Source of the DNA: Chloroflexota bacterium
GTDB taxonomy: Bacteria; Chloroflexota; Anaerolineae; Promineifilales; Promineifilaceae
Direction: 5' to 3'
DNA length: 64,000 nt
NCBI GenBank assembly: GCA_017993775.1
Contig: JAGOMA010000005.1
Coordinates: 19,561 to 83,560, forward strand
The translations under genes were made by a program, and so were the position numbers. The notes below the pieces were generated by a model. The model searched no databases and was not told the DNA's origin. It saw nothing but the letters and a program-made list of their open reading frames with translations. Shown here in pieces: positions 30,009 to 42,671 of the stretch (position 1 is the stretch's first letter; each line of letters begins with the position of its first letter).

Positions 30009-30458
30009 TTATTCTTTGGGCCGGTTCAAAGCCCGGTCGGCCAGACCAGGGCCAACGACCATGACCAGGGAGGCAATGGCTTTGCCGGATTGGGTGATGG
30101 CGAACACGTCGGCATACCCGACAGAGGCGCAGGTAGCGATGTAGTAGAAAGCATCGACATACGTGGTAATTTTGGGGTTGGCGTCTTTTTCGGCGGCATA
30201 GAAGGCGGCGGCGGCGGCGCCTAAAAAACCAAAAGCCGAATCCAGCGGATTGCCCTCAACCCAGGTCAGGAACGTATCTTCCCAGGCGTTTTTTTGTTCC
30301 AACAGGCCAGACAGGTAATCTTTTAGCTGGCTGCCGGAAACGCCGAGCCAGGTTTGCAGGAAGTCGGCAGGAGGAGGCACGGCCGTTTCCTTCTCGTTTT
30401 TCGGCACACTGGCCAACAAAGTATCCAGAGCATGCTCTTGTTCGGGCGTTAGCATCAT
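30009..30458 (-). CDS. small two-TM potassium-channel-like (Ion_trans_2) protein with GYAD filter
   Basis: TM1, a pore helix plus filter (YYIATCASVGYADVFAIT, compare T-V-G-Y-G-D), then TM2. Confidence 0.4.
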   Translation of the reverse strand: MMLTPEQEHALDTLLASVPKNEKETAVPPPADFLQTWLGVSGSQLKDYLSGLLEQKNAWEDTFLTWVEGNPLDSAFGFLGAAAAAFYAAEKDANPKITTYVDAFYYIATCASVGYADVFAITQSGKAIASLVMVVGPGLADRALNRPKE

Positions 30459-30473
30459 TTCTTATCGCTTGCG

Positions 30474-30980
30474 CTACAGGCTGCGCTTGTAGACGTCATC
30501 GCGGGCGGCGGTGTAATCTTCGCGGCGGGCGATCTGTTCCTGGCGTTCTTCGAGTTCATGGTGCAGGGTAACGGCCGTTTTATCCAGTTCGGCCCGCAGC
30601 GTTTGCAGCCGTTCTATCATCGCCACACTTTCCGCCCGCTCGGTTAGCTGCCCAGATTGAATGGTAAGTTCTGTCAGGAGGGTTTGTAAGCGTTCGATTT
30701 CCACCTGCACGGCCGCCAGGGCCAGGGCAAAGGTTTTTTGCTGCTCCGCCAGAGTATCGGTGTCGGAGCGGCCCTGGGCCTGAGCGGTACGCCAGGCCGT
30801 TTCGGCGCGCTTGTGGCGCACCAATGCCTGTGCCAGTTCGTCTTGCAAAGCGTCCAGGCGCTGCTGCGTCTGGCGAATCAGGTCAGCAACCGGGTCAGAC
30901 ACGGCCGTTTCCGATTCTTCGCTAAACAAATCGGAGACGGCCGTTTGCCACACCTGTCGCACTTTGGCCCATAATTTCAT
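30474..30980 (-). CDS. PspA/IM30-like coiled-coil protein
   Basis: 168 aa, entirely coiled-coil. Its N-terminus resembles PspA (LIRQTQQRLDALQDELAQAL). Co-located with flotillin/NfeD. Confidence 0.45.
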   Translation of the reverse strand: MKLWAKVRQVWQTAVSDLFSEESETAVSDPVADLIRQTQQRLDALQDELAQALVRHKRAETAWRTAQAQGRSDTDTLAEQQKTFALALAAVQVEIERLQTLLTELTIQSGQLTERAESVAMIERLQTLRAELDKTAVTLHHELEERQEQIARREDYTAARDDVYKRSL

Positions 30981-30983
30981 TGC

Positions 30984-33017
30984 TTACTTCGCCGCCGCCC
31001 GCAGGTAAAAGTCCTCAAAAGGCAAGTCGCGGATAATGGGCAAGCTGTCCATTGCCGCCTGCGCTTTGGTGACGGCCGGGTCGTCTTTTACTTTTTCGGC
31101 AAGCAAATTCAGCACATCGCCCACCGATTGCCCCTTCAGTTTGTTCAGATTCAGGTTTCCTTCGGCCAGCCGAATAATTTCCGGCACCAGCATAGCCAGT
31201 TCCATAACGCTGGTAGCGCCGTTGGCAGGTTGAGTCAGGCTGGTGTCGGCGGCGTTGCCAGTGACCTTGTTTAACAACTGTTGACCAATTTCCAGTAACG
31301 GCCGTGGCGTACTACCAATCACTTCGCCCAAACCATCAGACATCGTCACCATCCGCAGCAGCGAAGCCGCCGCATTCGGATCGCCAATCATCTTCACATT
31401 CATCGAAGCCATCGCCTTAGCCATGGCCTCCGATTTGGCTACTTCAATTTGCACCTGAGCGTCCAATTGCAGCTTCAACAACTCCACGCGCTGCGCGACG
31501 CCATCATACGCCGCCAACGCTTCAGCCTTGGCCTTAGCCCCTTCCGCTTCGGCCAACGCCTTCGCCTTCACCGCATCCGCCTCACGCATGGCCGCCTCCG
31601 CCTTAGCCTTTAATACATCGGCCTCTGCCAAACCGGCCGCCGACGCCTTCGCTTTCGCCGCTTCGGCGCGCAGTTTATCGGCTTCCGTTTCGGCGACTGC
31701 CTGTGTGCGCACCGTCTCGGCTTGCTTCAAAGCCGCCTCAGCCTCAGCGGCGGCGCGAGCTTTCAGAGCCGCCGCTTCAGCCTCGGCTTCGCGCTGCTTG
31801 CGTAAGGCTTCTAACTCAATGCGGTTTTTCTGCTCAATCATCGCCTTTTGCGCCTCACGCTCTGCCTGAATGATGCTGATTTTTGCTTCGCGCTGCGCCT
31901 GCTGGGTGGCTTCCACTGTCTTAACAGCCTGCGCCGCTTCCTCGCGTTTGGCCAAAACCAGCAGCCGTTCTTGTTCAGCATGTTCACGCTCTTGTTCGGC
32001 GTGTACCAGAGCAATCTGGCGCTGCTGGTCCGATAGCTCCAGGGTTTGCCGGCGCGTCAACTCTGTCGCCATGATTTCTTGCGTTTTGCGCTCATTTTGG
32101 ACAGCCAGTTCTTGTTCTTTTTCAATCTCCAGCAGCGCCACAGCCCGTTCTTTGGCAATACGCGCCTGCTCCGATTTTTGTAACTCTTCGAAGACTTGTT
32201 TATCGGCCTGCGCTTTTTCGGTAGCCTGCATCGTGCGGACTTCGCGTTCTTGCGTGGCCGCCGCCAAAGCCAGGTCACGGTCCAGATCGAGCCGTTGGCG
32301 GGCGGTGTCCGTATCGCGCTGTTTGATTTCGATCTCGGTTTTACGCTCAATGTCGTTGCGTTCACGCAGCGCCTGCTGAATGACCTGCGCGTTGGCGCGG
32401 GCGACCTGGGCCCCAAACACATCATCGGTGCCAAATGAACCCTGACGGGCTGCGCGCAGCGTGAGGATGGAAACAGATTCCAGCATTAGCCCGTTCTCTT
32501 CCAGGTCGGTTTTCAGGCGATTTTGCACTTCCTCAATAAACTTTTCGCGTTCCTGGTGCAGGCTCATCAAGGTGAAAGTTGCGGCCACGTCACGCAAGGC
32601 GCCATCTAGTTTGGCGTCGACTAATTCTTTGACGGTATTGCCATCCACCTGTTTGCCACCTATGGTGCGGGCGGCGTCCACAATGCCTTCGATGGTCGGG
32701 TTGACTTTGATGTAGATAATGACCTTAATATCGGCGTACTGCGGATCGATGGTGAGCAGGGCTGTTTCGCCGGTGCGCTCGATTTCGATCGCCATGGTGT
32801 TCAGGTCTACCCAGGTCAGTTCGTGGATGGTGCGGAAGACCCAGCCGCCGCCGTTCATAACGACTTTGGGCGGCATGGTGGCTTTGCCCAGGCCGCCGGT
32901 GCGCACAAAGGCCCGGTTGGGCGGAGTTTTGACGTAAGCGCGCAGAATGGAAAAGAAGAGCGTGACGCCAATAAAAATAATAACGACAATCGCGGCAAAT
33001 GGGATTATGTATTGCAT
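30984..33017 (-). CDS. flotillin-like SPFH/Band-7 protein (FloT/YuaG-like)
   Basis: N-terminal TM helix, an SPFH domain, then a long Ala/Glu-rich coiled coil (EA repeats); 677 aa. RBS GAGGAAC. Confidence 0.8.
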   Translation of the reverse strand: MQYIIPFAAIVVIIFIGVTLFFSILRAYVKTPPNRAFVRTGGLGKATMPPKVVMNGGGWVFRTIHELTWVDLNTMAIEIERTGETALLTIDPQYADIKVIIYIKVNPTIEGIVDAARTIGGKQVDGNTVKELVDAKLDGALRDVAATFTLMSLHQEREKFIEEVQNRLKTDLEENGLMLESVSILTLRAARQGSFGTDDVFGAQVARANAQVIQQALRERNDIERKTEIEIKQRDTDTARQRLDLDRDLALAAATQEREVRTMQATEKAQADKQVFEELQKSEQARIAKERAVALLEIEKEQELAVQNERKTQEIMATELTRRQTLELSDQQRQIALVHAEQEREHAEQERLLVLAKREEAAQAVKTVEATQQAQREAKISIIQAEREAQKAMIEQKNRIELEALRKQREAEAEAAALKARAAAEAEAALKQAETVRTQAVAETEADKLRAEAAKAKASAAGLAEADVLKAKAEAAMREADAVKAKALAEAEGAKAKAEALAAYDGVAQRVELLKLQLDAQVQIEVAKSEAMAKAMASMNVKMIGDPNAAASLLRMVTMSDGLGEVIGSTPRPLLEIGQQLLNKVTGNAADTSLTQPANGATSVMELAMLVPEIIRLAEGNLNLNKLKGQSVGDVLNLLAEKVKDDPAVTKAQAAMDSLPIIRDLPFEDFYLRAAAK

Positions 33018-33123
33018 GGTTCCTCTAATGTTTAGCGACAGGTTTCACCGATTAAACAGATTCTCGCTCGCCTATGGGTCTGGGAGAGGATGGGGAAACG
33101 CTGTTGGCTGATAAAAACGGCCG

Positions 33124-33831
33124 TTACTTGCGGCCTATGGGTACAACCGTATAACGTTTTTGCTGGGGATCGTAATCCACCAGAACAACTTCCATTTGAC
33201 TGCCAATCGGTTCCTCTTCGGTCGTGATGGCAAACACGTTGATAAGCGTACCGCCCTGGTCGCGCACACGCACCAAACCGTAACCCCCATCCACCCGCGG
33301 GCTGATGACAGCGCCGCGCCGCCCAATCAACCCGGAAGCGGACGTGGCTGTGGAGCTAATGGATGGCAGGGCGCGGCCAATAAGTCGGGAAAGGCGCGAG
33401 CTGATCAGGCCGCCGCCAATGAGAGAGACAGCCAGTGTGAGGATAAACGCCCAGGCCGGGTAGCTGCCGAAAACGGCCGTTACCAGACTATTCATCGTCC
33501 AACCCAGAAGGCCAACGCTGCCAAATAAAATCAGCAACACGACGAGCAGAGGCGCTTTGCCCACGCCAAGAAAGGCCAGGATAACCAACATATCCGGCAA
33601 ATCTCCGCCATCGAGATCCGCGTCCGCATCCAGGTCGGCGTCGGCATCCAGGTCGGCATCGAAGTCAGCGTCCAGGTCGGCATCGAAATCAGCGTCCAGG
33701 TCGGCGTCGGCATCGCCATCACCGCCGAGGCCGACAAGCTGGAGTGCTGTCAGCGCAACGCAAAAGATGAGCATGACGGTGAACGGCAAGTTGTACCAAA
33801 CAAAGATGGAGGCCAGGGTTTCAGTCAACAT
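33124..33831 (-). CDS. NfeD-like membrane protein (flotillin partner) with acidic (DADLDADF)n insert
   Basis: TM helices plus a C-terminal OB-fold-like soluble domain ([22 protein letters not shown]...). An 18-bp coding repeat gives ~10 D-A/D-L/D-F units between TM segments. Confidence 0.6.
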   Translation of the reverse strand: MLTETLASIFVWYNLPFTVMLIFCVALTALQLVGLGGDGDADADLDADFDADLDADFDADLDADADLDADADLDGGDLPDMLVILAFLGVGKAPLLVVLLILFGSVGLLGWTMNSLVTAVFGSYPAWAFILTLAVSLIGGGLISSRLSRLIGRALPSISSTATSASGLIGRRGAVISPRVDGGYGLVRVRDQGGTLINVFAITTEEEPIGSQMEVVLVDYDPQQKRYTVVPIGRK

Positions 33832-34217
33832 AACTACTCAGATTATCGTCGTTAGGTTAGCAGACAGGTTAGGGACACAGGCTTAACGACGATACAGATA
33901 ATATACGAAAAAACGGCCGTCCTGTTGCGTCCACGGAGTTAAAACGGCCGTATGCACCTTCCAGGCCATATTTTACCTTTTCTCGCCAGCTTAACCAGAC
34001 AACAAACCGTCATTCGCGCGGTTGTTACAAAGGAACGGCCGTTCCTTTGTTCGCTTTAGACATCAAAATGGGGTTGAGCAGATTAAAACTCTCTTGTAGA
34101 ATAATCCAGACAAAAAAACAATCGGACAATGACGCACCAAAAACTTGTCAACGGTAACCAGGACGTTACCACGAACAAAGCTTTTGCGTGCGTTTTTTTG
34201 TACCAAAGGGAAAATTC

Positions 34218-35675
34218 ATGGCGCACATACCACTGCCGCCCCCGTTCAACCATTACAAACTGGAACAGCAATTCTACGACGAAATGTTCACGCCCGACGC
34301 CACGCCTCGGCCGCAATACGTGGCGCTTTACCAGCGCTTGCTCACTATGTCGGCGCAAGATTTAGACCGCTACCAACAAGCGGCCGACGCTTCTTTTTTG
34401 CATCAGGGCATCACCTTCACGGTCTATGGCAATGAAGAAGGCACAGAAAAAATCTTCCCCTACGATTTGCTGCCGCGCATCATCACCCAGGCCGAATGGA
34501 CCATAATCGAAACCGGGCTAACGCAGCGCATTATGGCGCTCAATCTCTTCCTGCATGATGTGTACCACGAGGGAAAAATTCTGGCTGAAGGGGTTGTGCC
34601 GGTTGATCTGGTATTCAGCTGCCGCCATTTTCGCCGGGAAATGCGCGGCGTGGATGTGCCCGGCGGCATTTACGTGTCGGTGGTGGGCAGCGATTTGGTG
34701 CGTCTGGAAGACGGCCGTTTCGCTGTCCTGGAAGACAACCTGCGCGTACCCAGCGGCGTCTCCTACATGCTGGCCAACCGGCAGGTCATGAAACGCATCT
34801 TCCCCAACTTTTTCACCGGCTACGGCGTCCAGCCCACCAACCAATACGGCCAAAACCTGCTCGCCACCCTCAAAGCCCTCGCCCCCAACCAATCCGCCGA
34901 CCCGGTGGTGGTGCTGCTGACGCCCGGCGTTTTTAATTCCGCCTACTACGAACACACCTTCCTGGCCCGCCAGATGGGCATTGAGCTGGTAGAAGGGCGC
35001 GACCTGCTTGTCCACAACAACTTCGTCTACATGCGCACCACCCGCGGTTTGCAGCGCGTCGACGTGATCTACCGCCGCCTGGATGACGATTTTCTCGATC
35101 CGCTGGCCTTCCGGCACGATTCAATTTTGGGCGTATCCGGCCTGTTCAACGCCTACCGCGCCGGCAATGTCTCTCTGGCAAACGCCATCGGCACAGGCGT
35201 CGCCGACGACAAGGCGCTGTACGCCTACGTGCCCAAAATCATCCGCTATTACCTGAACGAAGAACCCATTTTGCCGAACATCGAAACCTATCTCCTGGAG
35301 GATAACGCCCAACGCCAACACGTTTTGGCAAATTTAGAACATCTCGTAGTCAAGGCAGTTGGCGAATCCGGCGGTTACGGCATGTTGATTGGGCCACACA
35401 GCACGGCCGTCGAACGCGCCGAATTTAAAGAACGCATCGAGGCCAATCCGCGCAACTACATCGCCCAGCCCACCCTGTCGTTGTCACGCGCCCCCTGTTT
35501 TATAGATGGGGAAGTGGATGCGCGGCATGTGGATTTACGGCCGTACATCCTCTATGGCAAAGAAATCAAAATTGTGCCCGGCGGCCTGACGCGGGTAGCC
35601 CTTAAACGCGGCTCCCTGGTCGTCAACTCCTCCCAGGGCGGCGGCAGCAAAGACACCTGGGTCTTGTACGAATAA
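34218..35675 (+). CDS. circularly permuted ATP-grasp protein (CP_ATPgrasp_1 / DUF404-DUF407 type)
   Basis: Family-typical sequence, and a conserved three-gene context with the Alpha-E and transglutaminase-like genes downstream. ATG at 34218; the track start at 34188 is GTG. Confidence 0.75.
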   Translation: MAHIPLPPPFNHYKLEQQFYDEMFTPDATPRPQYVALYQRLLTMSAQDLDRYQQAADASFLHQGITFTVYGNEEGTEKIFPYDLLPRIITQAEWTIIETGLTQRIMALNLFLHDVYHEGKILAEGVVPVDLVFSCRHFRREMRGVDVPGGIYVSVVGSDLVRLEDGRFAVLEDNLRVPSGVSYMLANRQVMKRIFPNFFTGYGVQPTNQYGQNLLATLKALAPNQSADPVVVLLTPGVFNSAYYEHTFLARQMGIELVEGRDLLVHNNFVYMRTTRGLQRVDVIYRRLDDDFLDPLAFRHDSILGVSGLFNAYRAGNVSLANAIGTGVADDKALYAYVPKIIRYYLNEEPILPNIETYLLEDNAQRQHVLANLEHLVVKAVGESGGYGMLIGPHSTAVERAEFKERIEANPRNYIAQPTLSLSRAPCFIDGEVDARHVDLRPYILYGKEIKIVPGGLTRVALKRGSLVVNSSQGGGSKDTWVLYE

Positions 35676-35820
35676 CAACCATCCCCTGGAGAAAACACAC
35701 CTCCAGGGATTCATCTTAAAAGACTTCATGAATGGAACACCACACCACGAATAAAAATCCGCAGATTTTGATCCGCGTTTATCCGCGTTTATCCGAATCC
35801 TATTCTCAAGGGAGAACAGC

Positions 35821-36768
35821 ATGTTATCACGCGTAGCCGACAGCCTCTACTGGTTAAGCAGATATCTGGAACGCGCCGAACACACCACCCGGCTAACCAG
35901 CGTCTATTTCGACTTAATCCTCGACCAATCCAGCCGCATGGGCGACGACCGGTACCAACGCTTATTAAAAAATATCCACGCCACCGAATACCAACACCTG
36001 CCGTTCGACGAAGAAACCACCATCAGCCTGCTTGTTTTGGATCGCAAAAATCCCTGGTCGGTCGTATCTTCCATCAACCAGGCGCGGGAAAATGCCCGCC
36101 AGGTGCGCGAACAAATCAGCTCCGAGTTGTGGATGCAAATCAATCAACTTTATTTGATGATGAGTCCACCCTACGACGCCTGGGAAAACCAGCCCCAGAT
36201 GCTCATGCAGCAGCTCATTCAGCATCTTTACCAGATTGGCGGAATCGCCGACGCCACCATGAGCCATAACGAAGGCTGGCAATTTATGCAGCTGGGCCGC
36301 TACAGCGAACGCGCCAACAGCATCCTCCGCCTGGTGGACATCCATTTCGAGGCGGTGATCGACCGGCCGCCGCAAGCCGAAGACCACATGGATTGGATCG
36401 CTCTGTTGAAAAGCTGCACCGCCTTCGAGGCGTATTGCAACGTCTACACAGCCGACCTGACACCGGCGCGCATCGCCGAATTTTTACTGCTCAACGCTGA
36501 ATTCCCCCACTCACTCCACTTTTCTATCAATATGATGCGCCAGGCGCTCAAACAAATCGCCATCATTACCCAAAGCCACCGCAACCAGGAGCTTAACCGC
36601 CGGGCCGGCCGTTTACAGTCTGTGCTGCAATTCAGCCAGATCGATGAAGTGCTGGCCGACGGACTGCACGATTTCCTGAAAGGCATTCAGCAGCAGAGCC
36701 AGGCCATCCACGACACCGTTTATCAGGTGTATATCACCTTCCCGGTGGTCGAAGAATTACCCATTTAA
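35821..36768 (+). CDS. Alpha-E domain protein (DUF403)
   Basis: N-terminus SRVADSLYWLSRYLERAEHTTRL is characteristic of Alpha-E proteins. RBS AAGGGAGAA. Confidence 0.75.
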   Translation: MLSRVADSLYWLSRYLERAEHTTRLTSVYFDLILDQSSRMGDDRYQRLLKNIHATEYQHLPFDEETTISLLVLDRKNPWSVVSSINQARENARQVREQISSELWMQINQLYLMMSPPYDAWENQPQMLMQQLIQHLYQIGGIADATMSHNEGWQFMQLGRYSERANSILRLVDIHFEAVIDRPPQAEDHMDWIALLKSCTAFEAYCNVYTADLTPARIAEFLLLNAEFPHSLHFSINMMRQALKQIAIITQSHRNQELNRRAGRLQSVLQFSQIDEVLADGLHDFLKGIQQQSQAIHDTVYQVYITFPVVEELPI

Positions 36769-36804
36769 GGGGACCAGACATACAATTGAGGAGATGTAGA
36801 ATCC

Positions 36805-37815
36805 ATGAAGGTTGTCAACCCCACAGAATATTATCAACAACGTAGGACGCCCAGTATGCAAGTTGCCCCCACCCATTATCGTCTGCGCCATCACACACGG
36901 TTTCGCTACAGCGCCCCCATCACCGAAAGTTATATGGAAGTACGAATGCAGCCCCTGTCTGATGGGAATCAGGTCTGCCATTCGTTTGAGTTAACCGTCG
37001 AGCCGCCATCGCGGATCATGAGTTATCGTGATCCGTTGGGCAACCTGGTGCATCATTTCAACGTCCCGGGGCAGCACGCGCAATTGACCATCAAAACGGA
37101 AGCAGTGGTGGAATGTCGTCCGGCGACGACGCTGCCACCGGCGCTGACGACACGAGCCTGGGCCAGCGTCGATACGTTGCGCCAAAACGCGCAGTATTGG
37201 GATTATTTAGCGCCCAGTCAATTTACCAACCCCACGGCCGGACTGGTGGACCTGGCAAAGGAAATTGGAGTGAACCGGCGCATGGACCCGCTGACGCTGC
37301 TCAGATGGGTGAACACGGCCGTTTACGAAATGTTCGACTACGCCCCAGACAGCACCAAAGTCGATTCCCCCATCGACGAAGCCCTGGCGGCGCGGCGCGG
37401 CGTCTGCCAGGATTTCACCCATATCATGATCGCCCTGGTGCGCCAGGTGGGCATTCCCTGCCGCTACGTCAGCGGCTACCTCTTCCACCGCGACAAGGAA
37501 GATCGTTGGCTGGAAGACGCTTCCCACGCCTGGGTCGAGGCCATGCTGCCGGACGTAGGCTGGTTGGGCTTCGACCCCACCAACAATCTTATCGCCGACG
37601 ACCGGCACATTCGGGTGGCTCTAGGGCGCGATTACGCCGACGTGCCGCCGACGCGCGGCATCTTTCGCGGCGAGGCAGAGACGGAGCTGGATGTGGGCGT
37701 CCAGGTCGCCCGCACAGATGAACCGCTGCCGTCCCAAACGCGCCTGCTGCCACAGGTCGATTGGCATCCACCGGCAGCGGATGGGTATCAGCAGCAGCAG
37801 CAGCAACAGCAGTAA
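36805..37815 (+). CDS. transglutaminase-like cysteine protease with Bact_transglu_N domain; C-terminal poly-Gln
   Basis: Catalytic Cys (RGVCQDFTHIMIAL), His (ASHAWVEA) and Asp (GFDPTNN). Ends in Q8 encoded by a (CAG/CAA)8 tract. Confidence 0.8.
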   Translation: MKVVNPTEYYQQRRTPSMQVAPTHYRLRHHTRFRYSAPITESYMEVRMQPLSDGNQVCHSFELTVEPPSRIMSYRDPLGNLVHHFNVPGQHAQLTIKTEAVVECRPATTLPPALTTRAWASVDTLRQNAQYWDYLAPSQFTNPTAGLVDLAKEIGVNRRMDPLTLLRWVNTAVYEMFDYAPDSTKVDSPIDEALAARRGVCQDFTHIMIALVRQVGIPCRYVSGYLFHRDKEDRWLEDASHAWVEAMLPDVGWLGFDPTNNLIADDRHIRVALGRDYADVPPTRGIFRGEAETELDVGVQVARTDEPLPSQTRLLPQVDWHPPAADGYQQQQQQQQ

Positions 37816-37939
37816 GGAACGCGGATTAAGTAACCCAGAGGAGATTAGAGATTGGAGACTGGACCAATCTCCAATCTCCAATCTCCAATCGCAGTTCTGA
37901 AAGTTATTGAATTCTGTGCGAAAAATCAGCTGGGGGTCT

Positions 37940-40552
<2,613 letters not shown>

Positions 40553-40810
40553 GGTTTTTTAACCATCCTTCTGTCAAATATCTTCTTATTCCTCCTGTAT
40601 TGTCCCTTTTTCGCGTCAGAAATGGGTTAGAAAGGCATAAGAGATACGTTGGCAGCGTCGTCTAAGGGTGGGAAACGGCCGTAAGGAATTCGTAATCTGC
40701 GCCCTATTTTTTTGTAATAAGTTACCCCTATTCTGCTGAAGTACCGATGGCGGCTGCTTGCCCCGGCAACGCAGCCTAAACAAGAACACACATTAAAAGG
40801 AGTCTCAGAC

Positions 40811-41542
40811 ATGAAAAAAGTATTGATACCGGCATTGGGTTTGCTGCTGTTGATTGTGTTGGCGGCGTGTGGGGGAAATACGGCCGTAACCGAGCCGATG
40901 AGTGGGGAAACGGCCGTGATGGAAGACAAACCAACCGACGCCATGACCAATGAATCGATGACCAGCCACAATGACAACGCCGCCATGAGCGACACATCCA
41001 GCGAGGCGATGGACAACCACAATGACGACATGACCATGCAAGACACCGGCACGGAAGCCGCCGATGGCGACATGGCAGAAGCCAGCATGGACACAATGGC
41101 CGAGAAACCCGCCTGGCAAACCATCGCCCTGACCAACGCGCAGTCCGGCGAAACTTTCACCCTGGGCGGCTTTGCCGGTAAAACCGTATTTGTCGAGCCG
41201 ATGGCCACCTGGTGCACCAACTGCCGCCAGCAGTTGGGCAATGTCGCGCAAATCCGCGAACAGTTTGGTGATGATGTGATTTTCATCGCCCTCAGTCTGG
41301 AAACCAACCTGAGCCATGAAGAGCTGGCTCGCTACGCCGCCGATCAAGGGTTCGACTGGCACTTCGCCGTGATGACGCCGGAAATGCTGCAATCTTTGGC
41401 CGAAACATACGGCCGTACCATCACCAACGCGCCTTCCACCCCGCACTTCATCATCCGCGCCGACGGCACGTACACCGACCTGAAGACAGGCGTCGATTCG
41501 CCCGAACAGTTGGTGCAGTTTATTCAGGGCGCGCAAAGCTAA
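40811..41542 (+). CDS. TlpA/ResA-like thiol:disulfide oxidoreductase lipoprotein with Met/Asp/His-rich N-terminal region
   Basis: Lipobox LLLLIVLAACGG, an acidic Met-rich low-complexity stretch, and a thioredoxin fold with WCTNC. RBS AGGAG. Confidence 0.7.
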   Translation: MKKVLIPALGLLLLIVLAACGGNTAVTEPMSGETAVMEDKPTDAMTNESMTSHNDNAAMSDTSSEAMDNHNDDMTMQDTGTEAADGDMAEASMDTMAEKPAWQTIALTNAQSGETFTLGGFAGKTVFVEPMATWCTNCRQQLGNVAQIREQFGDDVIFIALSLETNLSHEELARYAADQGFDWHFAVMTPEMLQSLAETYGRTITNAPSTPHFIIRADGTYTDLKTGVDSPEQLVQFIQGAQS

Positions 41543-41552
41543 CGGAATTTAT

Positions 41553-41613
41553 CTCGCGTGAAGCATGATGCGTGATGCGAGAAACTTGCTCACGCATCAC
41601 GCTTCTCAGAGTC
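41553..41613. repeat. palindromic element family C (GAAGC-ATGATGCGTGATGCG ... CGCATCACGCTTC)
   Basis: Inverted repeat between tlpA-like and ccdA. A near-identical perfect 20-bp-arm copy lies at 56131-56183. Confidence 0.6.
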
Positions 41614-41624
41614 CCCCTACTCCT

Positions 41625-42293
41625 ATGAACGAACTTCTCGAAGCATTTATCCTCGGCAACAGCGCCATCCTGACCAATGTTTGCATTTTGCCCCTCTACC
41701 CTGGCCTGATCGCCTTTATGGCCGGTAACGCAGCCAACGAGCGGGCGCAAAAAGCCACCAAATGGCTCGGAATACTAGTTCTGCTCGGTGTTTTAAGCCT
41801 GATGATCATCGTGGGAGCGCTCCTCTATGGCTTCCAACAATCATTTGGCAATGTTCTCCCCATCCTGCTGCCGATTATTTACCTGGTCATCATTTTTTTG
41901 GGCGTTTTGATGCTGTTTGGGCATAACCCATTCAAGCGGCTGACGACGATGCAGGTTCCGGCGCTGCGCAATCCCTACCTGGCGGCTTACGTTTACGGCC
42001 TGCTTTTAGGCCCCATGACGCTGCCCTGTGCCGGTCCTATCATTTTAAGCGCCTTTTTATTAGGCGCCGGCAGCTTTTCTGGCCTGGCAGATGGACTTTT
42101 GTACTTCTTCGCTTTTGGATTGGGTTTTGGCTGGCCTCTTGTGCTGCTGCCGCTGTTGGCGTCGACTTTACAGCGCCGCTTTACACGCTGGACCACGCAA
42201 AATTACACGCTTTTAACGCGGGTGTCTGGCATGTTGCTGGTTGGAATTGGCCTATTGGGCGTTTACACCGATCTGCTGCCAAACATTTTATGA
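41625..42293 (+). CDS. ccdA: cytochrome c-type biogenesis protein CcdA (DsbD-like transmembrane electron carrier)
   Basis: Polytopic membrane protein with the conserved Cys in TM1 and TM4 (LTNVCILPL, LPCAGPII); paired with tlpA-like gene. Start chosen at MNELLEA. Confidence 0.7.
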   Translation: MNELLEAFILGNSAILTNVCILPLYPGLIAFMAGNAANERAQKATKWLGILVLLGVLSLMIIVGALLYGFQQSFGNVLPILLPIIYLVIIFLGVLMLFGHNPFKRLTTMQVPALRNPYLAAYVYGLLLGPMTLPCAGPIILSAFLLGAGSFSGLADGLLYFFAFGLGFGWPLVLLPLLASTLQRRFTRWTTQNYTLLTRVSGMLLVGIGLLGVYTDLLPNIL

Positions 42294-42428
42294 TGGTATC
42301 AGCCTGCTGCAGGTATGATCCATCTGTCGCTCGAATCGGCTGAGGCAAATTCGCTCGTCAATTACGGACAAAAGCAGCGCAAAAGATTAACGATTTCCAC
42401 AGATTTGAAAATTCGTCCTGCAAATTAC

Positions 42429-42457
42429 GTGACAAGTTGGAATAAATTGTGTATTAT
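42429..42457 (+). promoter_or_regulatory. near-consensus sigma70-type promoter (GTGACA-17 bp-TATTAT)
   Basis: Read directly: -35 gTGACA at 42429-42434, a 17-bp spacer, and -10 TATTAT at 42452-42457, in an AT-rich intergenic region. Confidence 0.5.
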
Positions 42458-42463
42458 CATAAC

Positions 42464-42669
42464 TAAGCTTGAAGAGGTTAGGGTTGAGGGAAAATTCCTC
42501 CCCCCCCAAAAACTGGCACGAGAGAAACGCGACTGGAACACCTGAATCAAGCTTAGGGTAATGTTTCCTCTCCCTCAACCCTTGGCATTGCCCGTTAGCC
42601 CATGCACCGCCCTCCTGGTGTATGGGCCCTGATTAAGAAACCGCCCTCTTTATTGAGGGCGGTTTTTTT
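42464..42669 (+). ncRNA. candidate small RNA (~200 nt) with own promoter and intrinsic terminator
   Basis: Starts ~7 nt after the -10 and ends at the hairpin AAACCGCCCTC-tttattg-AGGGCGGTTTTTTT (42638-42669). Contains paired segments AAGCTTGA/TCAAGCTT and GGGTTGAGGGA/TCCCTCAACCC. No convincing ORF (best is 24 codons with poor SD). Confidence 0.4.
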
Positions 42670-42671
42670 AT

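Noticed and set aside
31528-32434. A/S/R-rich plus-strand ORFs inside the flotillin gene
   Set aside because: Shadows of the Ala/Glu coiled-coil coding repeat on the opposite strand.
42315-42545. 76-aa plus ORF in the ccdA-zwf spacer
   Set aside because: No RBS, AT-rich low-complexity translation, and it overlaps the promoter of the candidate sRNA.
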